DNA of 56,297 nt from Eubacteriales bacterium (GCA_045576815.1 JAZNHD010000065.1:1-56297), one strand, 5' to 3'. Counted from the first letter of the stretch, positions 10,458 to 19,578 are shown. A program made the numbers and translations. The notes: a model not told the origin generated them from the letters alone.

Positions 10458-10512
10458 GAACCCATGTTTTCAGCGTGAGAGGCTGATGTCTTAACCGCTT
10501 GACCAACGAGCC
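10438..10512 (-). tRNA. tRNA-Glu (anticodon CTC)
   Basis: Reverse complement GGCTCGTTGGTCAAGCGGTTAAGACATCAGCCTCTCACGCTGAAAACATGGGTTCGATTCCCGTACGAGTCACCA: cloverleaf, TTCGA T-loop, encoded CCA. Confidence 0.97.
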
Positions 10513-10532
10513 GTATCTTTGGTTGCCCGACT

Positions 10533-10561
10533 ATTATACAACATTTTTTTCACTTTGTCAA
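10533..10561 (-). promoter_or_regulatory. Consensus sigma-A promoter for tRNA-Glu
   Basis: TTGACA-17 nt-TATAAT on the minus strand. Confidence 0.85.
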
Positions 10562-10724
10562 GTAGTTATTGAAAAATATTTGAGTTTTTTGTAAATAGGC
10601 TTTGTGAAGGGCTTTCGGTCACAAGCCTTTTTCGCGCGCGGGCGGACGGATTATTTAAATATATGTTGCTTTCACGCGCGAAAGATGTTAAAATAGGGAT
10701 AGTTAATTTTGTGGGGGTGATCTT

Positions 10725-11558
10725 TTGCTGTCTTTACTCAATCCTCTTGTGCGCTCTGCGGATATTTACGAGCGCGTGGGCACTGTCGGAGTGCGCGTCG
10801 CATCCGACGCGAGAATTATATATATGATTTCAGGAGATATTTCGGTCGCCATTGACGGCGGCAAATTCTCGCATCTTACACCGGGAGAGCTCCTTTTTAT
10901 TCCTGCGGGGGTGCCCTACGCGCTTAAGGGCAAATTTCTCAGAGCGGCGGTCTTCACCTTTGACCTTACGGCAGAGCGTGCAGATATGCGCGAGAAAATT
11001 CCGCCCGTCTCACCCGAAAGGTTTGATAAATCGGCGTGCATTTCGGAAAGCATACCCCCGTTTGACAAGCCTATAAGGCTTGAGGGACTGCTCCACGAGC
11101 GCGAGGAAATAGTAAAGACGTGCGAGATATTCGGCTCGGCTGCCGCCCTCTCACGTGAGGTTGCGTCGGCAAGACTCAAGCTCTTGCTCCTTAAAATTGC
11201 CGAGCTATCCGACGAGCACGCTCTCCCCGTACAGATGGTCGAGGCACTGGACGCCTACATACGCGAAAACGTAGGTGACGAGATTTCAAACACCGAGCTC
11301 GGTGCTATCTTCGGCTACCACCCCTATTACGCAAGCTCGCTTATTAAGTCGCGTCTTGGCGTTACTATGAGAAAATACGTAATATCAAAAAGGCTCAGCA
11401 CGGCGCGCGACCTGCTCCGCACGACAGACAGGCCCTCGCAAGAGATTGCGGATCTCTGCGGCTTTACCGACTCGTCGTATTTCGCAAAGAGCTTCAAGTC
11501 GGCATACGGTGTGACGCCAAAGGAATACAGAAATTTATTTAAGGATGAATTTATATAA
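10725..11558 (+). CDS. AraC family transcriptional regulator (cupin plus double HTH)
   Basis: C-terminal IADLCGFTDSSYFAKSFKSAYGVTPKEYR signature. Confidence 0.9.
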   Translation: MLSLLNPLVRSADIYERVGTVGVRVASDARIIYMISGDISVAIDGGKFSHLTPGELLFIPAGVPYALKGKFLRAAVFTFDLTAERADMREKIPPVSPERFDKSACISESIPPFDKPIRLEGLLHEREEIVKTCEIFGSAAALSREVASARLKLLLLKIAELSDEHALPVQMVEALDAYIRENVGDEISNTELGAIFGYHPYYASSLIKSRLGVTMRKYVISKRLSTARDLLRTTDRPSQEIADLCGFTDSSYFAKSFKSAYGVTPKEYRNLFKDEFI

Positions 11559-11598
11559 TTTTGTTAACTTTTATTTGCAAAAAGAGGAGAAATAGGTC

Positions 11599-12978
11599 GT
11601 GAGGCTAAAGAAAAATGACGTGCTGACCGTCGAGGTAGAGGACATAACAAATCTCGGCTTCGGTGTTGCGAAGTCAGGTGGCGAGGTAATTTTCATCTCG
11701 GACACCGTACCCGGTGACACGGCAGAGATAAAGATAATAAAATGCGCCTCGTCCTATTCGGTAGCGAGGCTTATGCGGCTTGTTACCCCATCGCCCGAGC
11801 GCACCCTCGGGCGCTGTACCCTTTCCTGCCGCGCGTGTGCGTACCGTGCGCTCTCTTACGAGGCGGAGTTAAGTTTAAAGGGTGAGCTCGTCAAGTCGGC
11901 ATTTAAGAAAGCCGGACTCACAGGTGTTAAAATTATGCCACCGACAGCCTCGCCGCACCTTTTAGCTTACAGAAACAAGGCGGAGTACCCCATCTCGCGC
12001 GACGCTTACGGCGAATATATTATCGGCTTTTACGCGCCGAAGTCGCATAGAGTGACCGAGGCGGCAGACTGCCCCTTAGCTCCCGAGATTTTTGCGAGGA
12101 TACTGCGAGCTTTACGAGAATTTTTCAAGGAATATTCCCTCTCGACCTATGACGAGGCGACGGGCGAGGGACTTCTGCGCCACGTGTATCTCCGTCGGGG
12201 CGAGACGACGGGCGAGGTGCTCCTCACGCTTGTTATAAACGGCAAAACGCTGCCGCATTCCGATGAGCTTGTGCGTCGCATTCCCGAGAGCTTTCCCGAG
12301 GTTGTGGGAATACTCTTAAACGTCAACACCGAGAAAACGAACGTCGTGCTCGGTGGGGAATACGTCACCCTATTCGGCAGGGATTATATTTACGACGTGC
12401 TGGCAGGTGTGAAGCTCAAGATTACCGCCCCCTCGTTTTATCAGGTGAACCGTGCCGCCGCGGAATTGATTTATTATAAGGCACGTGAGCTTGCCGGGCT
12501 GACGGGTGATGAGCTTTTGCTTGACCTATACTGCGGTGCGGGCTCGATAGGGCTCTCGATGGCAGAGGACGCGCGCGAGCTTATCGGCATTGAGATTGTC
12601 GAGAGTGCTGTGGAATGCGCGCGCGAAAATGCACTCGAGAACGGCGTGACGAACGCCTCGTTTTACTCGGCTGATGCCGCGCACACAGAGTCGCTGCTTT
12701 CCTCGGCAGAGCGGACCCGTGGCGAGAAAATCCGCCCCGACGTTATAATTTTAGACCCACCGCGAAAAGGCTGTGAAGAAGGGCTGCTCCGCTACATCGC
12801 CTCTCTTGCGCCAAGCCGCGTAGTATACGTTTCCTGCAACCCCGCAACCCTCGCTCGCGACGTGCGGGTTCTCACGGAGCTTGGGTACAGCGCGGGCGAG
12901 GTGTGGCCTTATGATTTGTTTCCGATGACAGGACATGTTGAATCTGTCGTTTGTCTCAAACGACAGATTCAACAATGA
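11599..12978 (+). CDS. rlmD: 23S rRNA (uracil-1939-C5)-methyltransferase
   Basis: TRAM domain, YRNKA, SFYQVN, DLYCGAGSIG, LDPPRKG, YVSCNPATLARD, DLFPMTGHVE. Confidence 0.95.
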   Translation: MRLKKNDVLTVEVEDITNLGFGVAKSGGEVIFISDTVPGDTAEIKIIKCASSYSVARLMRLVTPSPERTLGRCTLSCRACAYRALSYEAELSLKGELVKSAFKKAGLTGVKIMPPTASPHLLAYRNKAEYPISRDAYGEYIIGFYAPKSHRVTEAADCPLAPEIFARILRALREFFKEYSLSTYDEATGEGLLRHVYLRRGETTGEVLLTLVINGKTLPHSDELVRRIPESFPEVVGILLNVNTEKTNVVLGGEYVTLFGRDYIYDVLAGVKLKITAPSFYQVNRAAAELIYYKARELAGLTGDELLLDLYCGAGSIGLSMAEDARELIGIEIVESAVECARENALENGVTNASFYSADAAHTESLLSSAERTRGEKIRPDVIILDPPRKGCEEGLLRYIASLAPSRVVYVSCNPATLARDVRVLTELGYSAGEVWPYDLFPMTGHVESVVCLKRQIQQ

Positions 12979-13148
12979 ATTGCAACCTAGCGGTTGCGTG
13001 AATTTGCTTCGCCATGAATTGCCTGCGGCATGAATTGCGCTGCGGCGCATTAAGGTTGCAATTCAATTCATGGAGCGAAGCGAGAAATCATGATGCGCAA
13101 TTTGCGTAGCAAATGGCATCAATTCATGACGGCAACGCCGTCAAATCA
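12976..13148. repeat. TGAATT/AATTCA-punctuated hairpin array upstream of the four-helix-bundle gene
   Basis: TGAATT at 12976, 12999, 13015 and 13031, mostly followed by short GC hairpins; AATTCA/AAATCA at 13060, 13065, 13085, 13121 and 13143. Confidence 0.75.
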
Positions 13149-13168
13149 TTCAAAAACGAGGACTTACT

Positions 13169-13522
13169 ATGAAAGAGAACTTTTTAGTTGATTTATCAAA
13201 GCAATTTGCTGTTGACATTGTCAATCTCTGTACCGACATAAAAGAAAATTGCAAAAGCAATGTACTGTTAAATCAAGTATTGCGGAGCGGCACAAGTATC
13301 GGCGCAAACATTCACGAAGCTAATTATGCCGCAAGCAAGGCGGACTTTATCAATAAGTTTCAAATTGCCTTAAAAGAATGCTACGAAACAGATTATTGGC
13401 TCGGTTTGTTCAAGGATACGCACATGATAACCGAACAAGAATACAAGGATATGTTTGCAAAATGCAGTAAAATTCGCAAATTGCTCATCGCTTCCATCAC
13501 CACCGCAAAGGAAAACCGTTAG
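13169..13522 (+). CDS. Four helix bundle protein (23S rRNA intervening-sequence protein family)
   Basis: QVLRSGTSIGANIHEA...SKADFINKFQIALKECYETDYWL signature. Confidence 0.92.
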   Translation: MKENFLVDLSKQFAVDIVNLCTDIKENCKSNVLLNQVLRSGTSIGANIHEANYAASKADFINKFQIALKECYETDYWLGLFKDTHMITEQEYKDMFAKCSKIRKLLIASITTAKENR

Positions 13523-13599
13523 GGACAAATGTGATTTTTGAGCAAAACTCGAAACTCTTATTTACATCTGTTTAGTATAACATGTCGAAAGGAGAAATT

Positions 13600-14226
13600 A
13601 TGCCTGCATATTTTTCAATTAGTTTTGAACTCAACAAATCCCAAACGGTAGTAAAAGATTTTTGCACTGCAGTGATTGATGCAGGGCTTGTTTACAAAAG
13701 CGGATATTGGGGATTTGAAAACGATTCTTTTGATGATATTGTCGCATGGAATCAAAACAAATTAGATAATAATTTCCAACTCGGTTATACAGAGCATTAT
13801 TCTCATGATTTCAAGCAAATGTTATTTGATTTTTCGGACTTTACGGAAGTCAGACTATTCATAATGAATGATAAAAAATCATCAACGTTTGAATTTCACT
13901 TGATTATTCCCGAAGATGATTTTGTGGAATGGACAAAAACGAATGGCGAGTATATTCCGCACCACAAATTCGAAAAGATGAATCTTTTAAAGACGTTTGC
14001 AAAAATACTGTGGAACAGTATAGAAATTCTTGCAATTCAAACCGCTTGGGAATGCTCGGATTGTCCACCGAAAGCAAAACATATTTCAAGCAAGATAAAA
14101 CCACAAGCAGAGCCGTTTTGCATTATAAAAGAATCAGCCTTAATAGATAAACTTGGACTACCATTTGAAAAAATTGGGAAAAATGGCGTTTTAATTGAAG
14201 ATCAAGATAATTGGAACTATGTATGA
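13600..14226 (+). CDS. Hypothetical protein (AT-rich cargo gene)
   Basis: AAAGGAG RBS before ATG 13600; aromatic- and acidic-rich; no family recognised. Confidence 0.7.
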   Translation: MPAYFSISFELNKSQTVVKDFCTAVIDAGLVYKSGYWGFENDSFDDIVAWNQNKLDNNFQLGYTEHYSHDFKQMLFDFSDFTEVRLFIMNDKKSSTFEFHLIIPEDDFVEWTKTNGEYIPHHKFEKMNLLKTFAKILWNSIEILAIQTAWECSDCPPKAKHISSKIKPQAEPFCIIKESALIDKLGLPFEKIGKNGVLIEDQDNWNYV

Positions 14227-14348
14227 TATGTTTCCAAGCACCAATTAAAATTTAGGGACAAATGTTACTTTCGACCTATGGTTTGAGGACTTTTTGCTTT
14301 CACAACCCCCATTTTTCGACCATTCGAAGACCTTTTGCTGTCTTGACC

Positions 14349-14384
14349 CACGTGGAGAGTGTCGTTTGTCTGACGAGAAAATAA
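14349..14384 (+). pseudogene. Second (displaced) rlmD 3'-end fragment, att-like
   Basis: CAC GTG GAG AGT GTC GTT TGT CTG ACG AGA AAA TAA = HVESVVCLTRK*, matching the rlmD ending HVESVVCLKRQIQQ*. Confidence 0.8.
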
Positions 14385-14665
14385 GCCAAAATCGGATTAA
14401 AATGAGCAAAATTAAGCTTTTCTAAGTGGTATTTCAAAGAAAATTTCCAAAAATGGGTGTTCAAAATCAAAAAATGCCCCAGTTTTGCGTTGGGACAAAT
14501 GTGACTCCCCCGCGAAACTCGAAAGTTCGTTTTACAGCAGTAATGGTTAACATATCGAGAGGGGAGAATAAAACAAGTATAAGGCTCGGCTACTTAGCCT
14601 CTCGCACGGACGAGGCACTCATAGACGAGCTGACAAAATATAATGAAGGAGAAGAAAGAGAAGTT

Positions 14666-15232
14666 ATGAAAAACGGAAAGCTCAGCGGGCCTGCGATATT
14701 TATGTACTCTGCCATCGCCCTGACGGCAGTGATTTCGGCGGCAATATTCTCGCTGTACTACACGGGTGTGTTGAAAAACGACCTGTTTTTATGGTGCGGC
14801 ATCGTTTCCTTTATGATTTTTTATCAATTTGGGCTCAGAATTCTATTCGGTGAGATTTCAAAGCGAATGAACATTAACTATAAGCACCCGTTTTATCGCG
14901 AGCGCGGCTTTGAAAAGCACTTATATAAGCTCCTTTTCGTCAGACGCTGGAAGGACAAGGTTTTAACCTTTGACCCTGCGGCATACGACTTCAAAAACAG
15001 GACGCTCCCAGAGCTTGCGACAACTATGTCAAAATCCGAGCTCGACCACTGGGTAAACGAGCTTATCTCTATCGGTGGTATGTTTTTTGCGCTTCTGTGG
15101 GGATGCTGGCCTGCCTTTGTGATTTCGGCTGTTATCGCAATGCTCTTTGATGCACAGTTTATCGTGGTGCAAAGGTACAACAGGCCCATAGTCGTACGGC
15201 TTATTGAGAGAAAAGAAAAGGCAACCGGCTAA
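14666..15232 (+). CDS. Membrane protein, CrtO-like (glycosyl-4,4'-diaponeurosporenoate acyltransferase family)
   Basis: FEKHLYKLLFVRRWKD, SELDHW and IVVQRYNRP motifs; ATG 14666 preferred to GTG 14426, which lies in the att region. Confidence 0.65.
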   Translation: MKNGKLSGPAIFMYSAIALTAVISAAIFSLYYTGVLKNDLFLWCGIVSFMIFYQFGLRILFGEISKRMNINYKHPFYRERGFEKHLYKLLFVRRWKDKVLTFDPAAYDFKNRTLPELATTMSKSELDHWVNELISIGGMFFALLWGCWPAFVISAVIAMLFDAQFIVVQRYNRPIVVRLIERKEKATG

Positions 15233-15253
15233 TATATAAAAGAGGTAAGAAAA

Positions 15254-15892
15254 ATGAGTTACAAGGTAATTGACGTTGAAAATTGGGAGAGGCGCGACCT
15301 CTTTAAGCTCTATACGACAGAGCTTAGGATAGTTATGAATATGACTGTGGATATTGACGTAACGAACGTGATTAATTACACACGCTCCCGGGGTATTCGT
15401 TTTTATCCGACTATGATATGGCTTGTATCTAAGATTATGAACTCGCACGAGGAATATAGATATTCGCTGCGTGAAAACGGTGAGCTCTGGTGCTGGGACT
15501 TTGTTTCCCCCTCTTACACAGACTTTAATCCCGAGACTAAAAAATTCGTGAAATTCATGACCGAATACTCCCCGGATTTCGATGAATTCTACGCACGGGT
15601 GGTGGCTGACTGCGAAAAACACAAGTGGGAGTCGGGCTTTATACCTGACCAGCCCGAGAACTTTTTTGACATCTCCTGCTTGCCGTGGACAAGGTATCGG
15701 AGCTTCGACGTGCAGGTACAGTGCGACGGAGAGAGGCTCTTCCCTGTCGTTATATGGGGTAGGTTTGAAAAGGTGGGCGACAGATATATTATGCCTGTGA
15801 CGATGAACTATCACCACGCAGCAGGCGACGGCTACAATCTCTGTCAGTTCTTTGAGGAATTAAAGGTTGAAGTAGAGAGGTTCGGTAAATAA
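15254..15892 (+). CDS. cat: Chloramphenicol acetyltransferase (type A)-like protein
   Basis: W-x-R N-terminal motif, ISCLPW and the catalytic HHAAGDGY motif. Confidence 0.85.
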   Translation: MSYKVIDVENWERRDLFKLYTTELRIVMNMTVDIDVTNVINYTRSRGIRFYPTMIWLVSKIMNSHEEYRYSLRENGELWCWDFVSPSYTDFNPETKKFVKFMTEYSPDFDEFYARVVADCEKHKWESGFIPDQPENFFDISCLPWTRYRSFDVQVQCDGERLFPVVIWGRFEKVGDRYIMPVTMNYHHAAGDGYNLCQFFEELKVEVERFGK

Positions 15893-15916
15893 TAATAAAG
15901 TAAAGGATGTAAAAAA

Positions 15917-16501
15917 ATGGGATTTTTTGAATCAATAGGCGCATTCTTCGCCTCGCTTCCGTCAGAGCTATACGTATTTTTAATATCAATTTTACCGATT
16001 ATTGAGCTGCGCGGAGCAATTCCCGTTGGCGCGGCGCTTGGTGTGCCGTTCTACGTTAACTATCCGCTCTCCGTGGTCGGAAATATGCTGCCCGTACCCC
16101 TTATTTTGCTCTTTATACCGAAAATCCTTGATTTTCTTATGCGCTTCAAGCTATTTCGTCCTGTCGTGCTTTGGCTTCGCAGGAAGGCAGATAAGCACAA
16201 GGGCAAGGTCATAAAGGACGAGCCGCGCGAGGACGGTGAGCTCACAGAGGGCGCGTGCGAGTGCCTTGACTCAGCGCACACAGTGAGAAAAATGACGAGC
16301 GGAATGTTTATCGCCCTTATGCTCTTCGTGGCAATCCCCGCGCCCGGTACAGGTGCTTGGACGGGCGGGCTCATTGCCTCACTCTTTAATCTGCCGAGAA
16401 AGTCCTCGTTTTTCTCAATCCTCCTCGGAGTGCTTATTTCGGGCATAGTTATGTGCCTCGCGTCGTATGGAGTTCTCGGATTTCTCTCCTTCTTAACCTA
16501 A
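15917..16501 (+). CDS. Small multi-drug export protein family (COG2426-like)
   Basis: ISILPIIELRGAIP and FVAIPAPGTGAWTG motifs. Confidence 0.9.
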   Translation: MGFFESIGAFFASLPSELYVFLISILPIIELRGAIPVGAALGVPFYVNYPLSVVGNMLPVPLILLFIPKILDFLMRFKLFRPVVLWLRRKADKHKGKVIKDEPREDGELTEGACECLDSAHTVRKMTSGMFIALMLFVAIPAPGTGAWTGGLIASLFNLPRKSSFFSILLGVLISGIVMCLASYGVLGFLSFLT

Positions 16502-16511
16502 TTTTTTAGGC

Positions 16512-16556
16512 AAAAGACCGCATTTTGCAAAGCAAAGCTTGCAAAATGCGGCTTTT
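16512..16556. terminator. Bidirectional terminator
   Basis: CCGCATTTTGCAA/TTGCAAAATGCGG stem between convergent genes. Confidence 0.7.
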
Positions 16557-16557
16557 A

Positions 16558-17043
16558 TTATTTAAGAGATGACTTTTCAACAAGCAAGAGAGGCGTGACA
16601 AATCCCGTCGGGTCGGCACTCGACACATCAGCTGCAACTATTTTATTTCTGTATACGAAAAGGTTAACGAACACCTCGCCGTCGGCATTATAATTCGTAA
16701 CTCTGTAGGTGTAGCGCGTTACGCGCTTGCCCGTATATTTTGATAGGTCGAGTCCCTGCTTTTTCTGAAGCTCGTTGTAGCCAAGAATTACTCTGTCAAG
16801 CTCGCGCGGCATCGAAAAAGCCTCTTCCTCCTCGCTCTCGGCATCCACCTTGACACCAAAGGACTCAACAAACGCTATTCTGTCCTCGCGCGTCTTCATG
16901 CCCGAAAAGTCAACCACCTCGCCCGTGCCTGCGGCAACTGCACCCCGGGGCCCAAACGCCGTTACACCCACAACTAGCAGGAGTGTTAAGGCGATAAAGC
17001 CGAAAAACTTTACGGTCGATGCGCGTATAGAATATATAAACAT
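16558..17043 (-). CDS. DUF4830-like protein with N-terminal membrane anchor
   Basis: YNELQKKQGLDLSKYTGKRVTRYTY motif; start at ATG 17043 after a GGGGGA RBS. Confidence 0.8.
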   Translation of the reverse strand: MFIYSIRASTVKFFGFIALTLLLVVGVTAFGPRGAVAAGTGEVVDFSGMKTREDRIAFVESFGVKVDAESEEEEAFSMPRELDRVILGYNELQKKQGLDLSKYTGKRVTRYTYRVTNYNADGEVFVNLFVYRNKIVAADVSSADPTGFVTPLLLVEKSSLK

Positions 17044-17103
17044 AATATTCCCCCCCTTTGTTATATTTATATTTTCACCGAACAAGGAATATGACGGGTA
17101 AAG

Positions 17104-17134
17104 AAAAAAGAGCAGACCGAGTCTGCTCTTTTTT
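17104..17134 (-). terminator. Terminator downstream of the small peptide gene
   Basis: AAAAAAGAGCAGAC-CGA-GTCTGCTCTTTTTT. Confidence 0.7.
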
Positions 17135-17210
17135 GGTGATTGGCTGCGCCATAATTTCTTGTCGGCAAGCCTCTCTCCCGTAAATTGAAATCTTGCGATT
17201 TCGTTTTAGC

Positions 17211-17309
17211 TTAGTTGTTGCAGCAGCAACAGAAAACGACGATAATAGCGAGGATGATAATCCAGGTGCAGTTGTCGTCAAAGATGTGGCATAAGCAGTT
17301 AGAATTCAT
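17211..17309 (-). CDS. 32-aa Cys-rich single-TM peptide (not in ORF track)
   Basis: GGAGGG RBS, then MNSNCLCHIFDDNCTWIIILAIIVVFCCCCNN*; terminator downstream. Confidence 0.7.
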   Translation of the reverse strand: MNSNCLCHIFDDNCTWIIILAIIVVFCCCCNN

Positions 17310-17385
17310 ATGTTCCCTCCAAAGTGTCTTGGGCGCTTGTCACGCTCATTATCATACTATGACTTCGGAGTTTTTTTGCTACAAC

Positions 17386-19494
17386 CTATTTCTTCGAAAA
17401 TGAAAACTGTGCTGTGCCGTCACGCAGCTCAAGACTTGCCGAGAACGGCTTGCCGCTCTTTGAGATAAAGCCGGAAAGCTCGGCGGTTTTGCCCTCGGAG
17501 AGCAATCTTCTTACCTCGTCTATCGGGATATCGCGGCGGCAGATATTGATGCCAATGCGCAGCTTACAGCCATCGCCCATACAGCCGTAGCTAAACTTGC
17601 CGCGAAGAACACGGCCGTGACATATGGGACACTCGCCGACCTCATCACCGTATTTTCCGGTGTCAACACCCGTGACGGTCACGGCACGCGGAGAATGAGA
17701 GAATACCTCTGCAATCTCTGCCTCGGCAAGACCGACAGCCTCCTCAACCGTAGACTCGCCGCGGTATACGCGCTTTAATGCCTTGCCAAGCTCACTCGTC
17801 TTATATTTATCCATACTTATATTAAGTCTTTCGAGTGACTCGATAAAATACTCACCGCCCGGAAGTATGGTGTAGACGTCCTTTTTCAGCTCGATATATC
17901 CGCTCTTTTTCGCGTTGTCTATAATGCCTGAGCGGGTTGCCTCGGTACCAAGCTCAAGGCCCTCGAACACCGCCTTGTAATCCTCGGCGTCGTCGACCTC
18001 GCCCGACTCAAGAAGCTCCTTGGCTCTCGCCTTATCGTCCTTAAAGGGATTTTTGAGATAATTGTTTAATGTAGTAATCGTATAGTGCTTCGGGGGTGCG
18101 GTCTGTCGCTCGGCAGGCTCGAAATTAATATTCACCGCGTCTCCAACGGAAAGGTGCGGCAGGATTTTATCCCTTCTGCTGTAATCGTCGTACCTCGTCC
18201 AGCCGGGCTCTAAAATAACGGTTCCCTTTAGGCTGAACTCCTCGCCGCCTGCGAGTATCTTAATCTCGCTCTTTTCTGCAATACACTCCTCAGAGCAGAA
18301 GACCGCAACGAAGCGGCGGAAGACGGTGGAATACACCCTTGCCTCCTCGGGCGTGAGCTTTTCCTTCGGGGGAATTTTATAGGTCGGGGTAAGGGCGGAG
18401 TGCGCCTCAATCTTCGAGTCGTCAAAGATGTGCTTTGAGTCGCGGAACCTTACGGGATAGCCGAGTGCCGAGACGTTTTTAAGAATCGACTTCACCTTAT
18501 CCTTTTCCGCTGTGGCAAGATACTCGGAGTTCGTTCGCGGATAGGTTAGATAGCCGTCCTCATAGAGTTTCTGTATAATTTTAAGGCTATCGGTCATCGA
18601 CATTTTATATTTTTCGCCAAGCACGTTCTGAAGCGTGGAAAGCGAGTAGAGCTTGCCGGGGAAGATGTTTTCCTTGCCGCTCTTCACTTGTGTGACGACA
18701 GCACCCGATTCGTTGTAGCGTTCAGCCACCTCTTTTGCGGCGTTTTCCTCGTCTTTTGTAAACTTTTGTTTGCTTACAAGGTCGATTTTTTCACCATTTG
18801 TCTCTTCTTTTGACTGTATGACGAAATATTTTTCAGGCTTGAAGTTTCTGATTTCCATATCTCTGTCATATATGGCTCGCACGATGGGAGCTATAACTCT
18901 GCCGACTCTGAGGAGTCTTCCCGAGCTTATCGTTGCATACCTTGTGAGGTTTACTCCGTAAAGCCAGTCGATATACGTACGGGCAAAGCCCTCGGAGGCG
19001 AGCGTGTCATACTCCGACTCCTCGCGCATATTCTTAAGCGCCTCTCTGACCGTCTCGGGTGTCTGGTCGGGCAGCCAAAGCCGCAGCTCGCGTTTTTTCT
19101 CCTTAAGGGCGTAAAGCACGCAGAGTCTGACGATAATTTCTCCCTCTCGGTCGGCGTCTCCCGCATTGATTATAGTGTCAACGTCAGGGCGGTTGCAAAG
19201 CTCTGAGATTACCGAAAACTGCCTTTTAACTCCCGAGTCAATCCGCCCTCCCGCATCACGTCGCAGCTCAAACTTAAACTGCTCGGGAAAGCAAGGGAGC
19301 GAGTCAAGCGTCCATCTGCCTCCCGTCTCACCGGTATAGGCTTCAACGTCGGATAGAGAAAAGAGGTGGCCGAACGCCCACGTAACAATATATTCGCTAC
19401 CGATGTAGTAGCCGTTTTTCTTATCCATTTTGCCGTCTATGCCCGCTATTATGTTGCGCGCAAGACTCGGCTTTTCCGCTATTATGAGCTTCAT
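17386..19494 (-). CDS. topB: Type IA DNA topoisomerase, topoisomerase III-like
   Basis: IAEKPS, DADREGE, active-site TYPRT, LGTEATR and C-terminal GFISKSGKPF repeat. Confidence 0.88.
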   Translation of the reverse strand: MKLIIAEKPSLARNIIAGIDGKMDKKNGYYIGSEYIVTWAFGHLFSLSDVEAYTGETGGRWTLDSLPCFPEQFKFELRRDAGGRIDSGVKRQFSVISELCNRPDVDTIINAGDADREGEIIVRLCVLYALKEKKRELRLWLPDQTPETVREALKNMREESEYDTLASEGFARTYIDWLYGVNLTRYATISSGRLLRVGRVIAPIVRAIYDRDMEIRNFKPEKYFVIQSKEETNGEKIDLVSKQKFTKDEENAAKEVAERYNESGAVVTQVKSGKENIFPGKLYSLSTLQNVLGEKYKMSMTDSLKIIQKLYEDGYLTYPRTNSEYLATAEKDKVKSILKNVSALGYPVRFRDSKHIFDDSKIEAHSALTPTYKIPPKEKLTPEEARVYSTVFRRFVAVFCSEECIAEKSEIKILAGGEEFSLKGTVILEPGWTRYDDYSRRDKILPHLSVGDAVNINFEPAERQTAPPKHYTITTLNNYLKNPFKDDKARAKELLESGEVDDAEDYKAVFEGLELGTEATRSGIIDNAKKSGYIELKKDVYTILPGGEYFIESLERLNISMDKYKTSELGKALKRVYRGESTVEEAVGLAEAEIAEVFSHSPRAVTVTGVDTGKYGDEVGECPICHGRVLRGKFSYGCMGDGCKLRIGINICRRDIPIDEVRRLLSEGKTAELSGFISKSGKPFSASLELRDGTAQFSFSKK

Positions 19495-19578
19495 TCGGTT
19501 TTTCCTTTCTTAACTTTCACTTATACAAAATGCTTCCCCTACGCTTGCCGAAGCACTGCCATATGTCATTTGTAACGG

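Larger units (their letters stand above)
12934..14384 (+). mobile_element. Small insertion or island remnant at the rlmD 3' end
   Basis: The rlmD terminus HVESVVCL is present twice (end of rlmD and 14349-14384, HVESVVCLTRK*). The intervening DNA is visibly AT-richer and carries two small genes; no integrase. Confidence 0.7.

Noticed and set aside
12976-13148. CRISPR array
   Set aside because: The repeats are only 6 nt with 10-17 nt hairpin spacers, and there are no cas genes.
12976-13522. Diversity-generating retroelement (Avd-like gene plus hairpins)
   Set aside because: No reverse transcriptase and no template/variable repeat pair seen in the window.
14426-14665. N-terminal 80 aa of the ORF-track protein at 14426
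   Set aside because: It runs through the att-like motif region; ATG 14666 gives a more plausible membrane protein.
15029-15817. 262-aa minus-strand ORF (and similar long antisense ORFs at 7519-8250, 39113-39856, 41946-42605)
   Set aside because: Each overlaps well-supported genes on the opposite strand and lacks family motifs.
17386-19494. topB as marker of a conjugative element
   Set aside because: No relaxase, coupling protein or T4SS genes nearby; codon usage is host-like.
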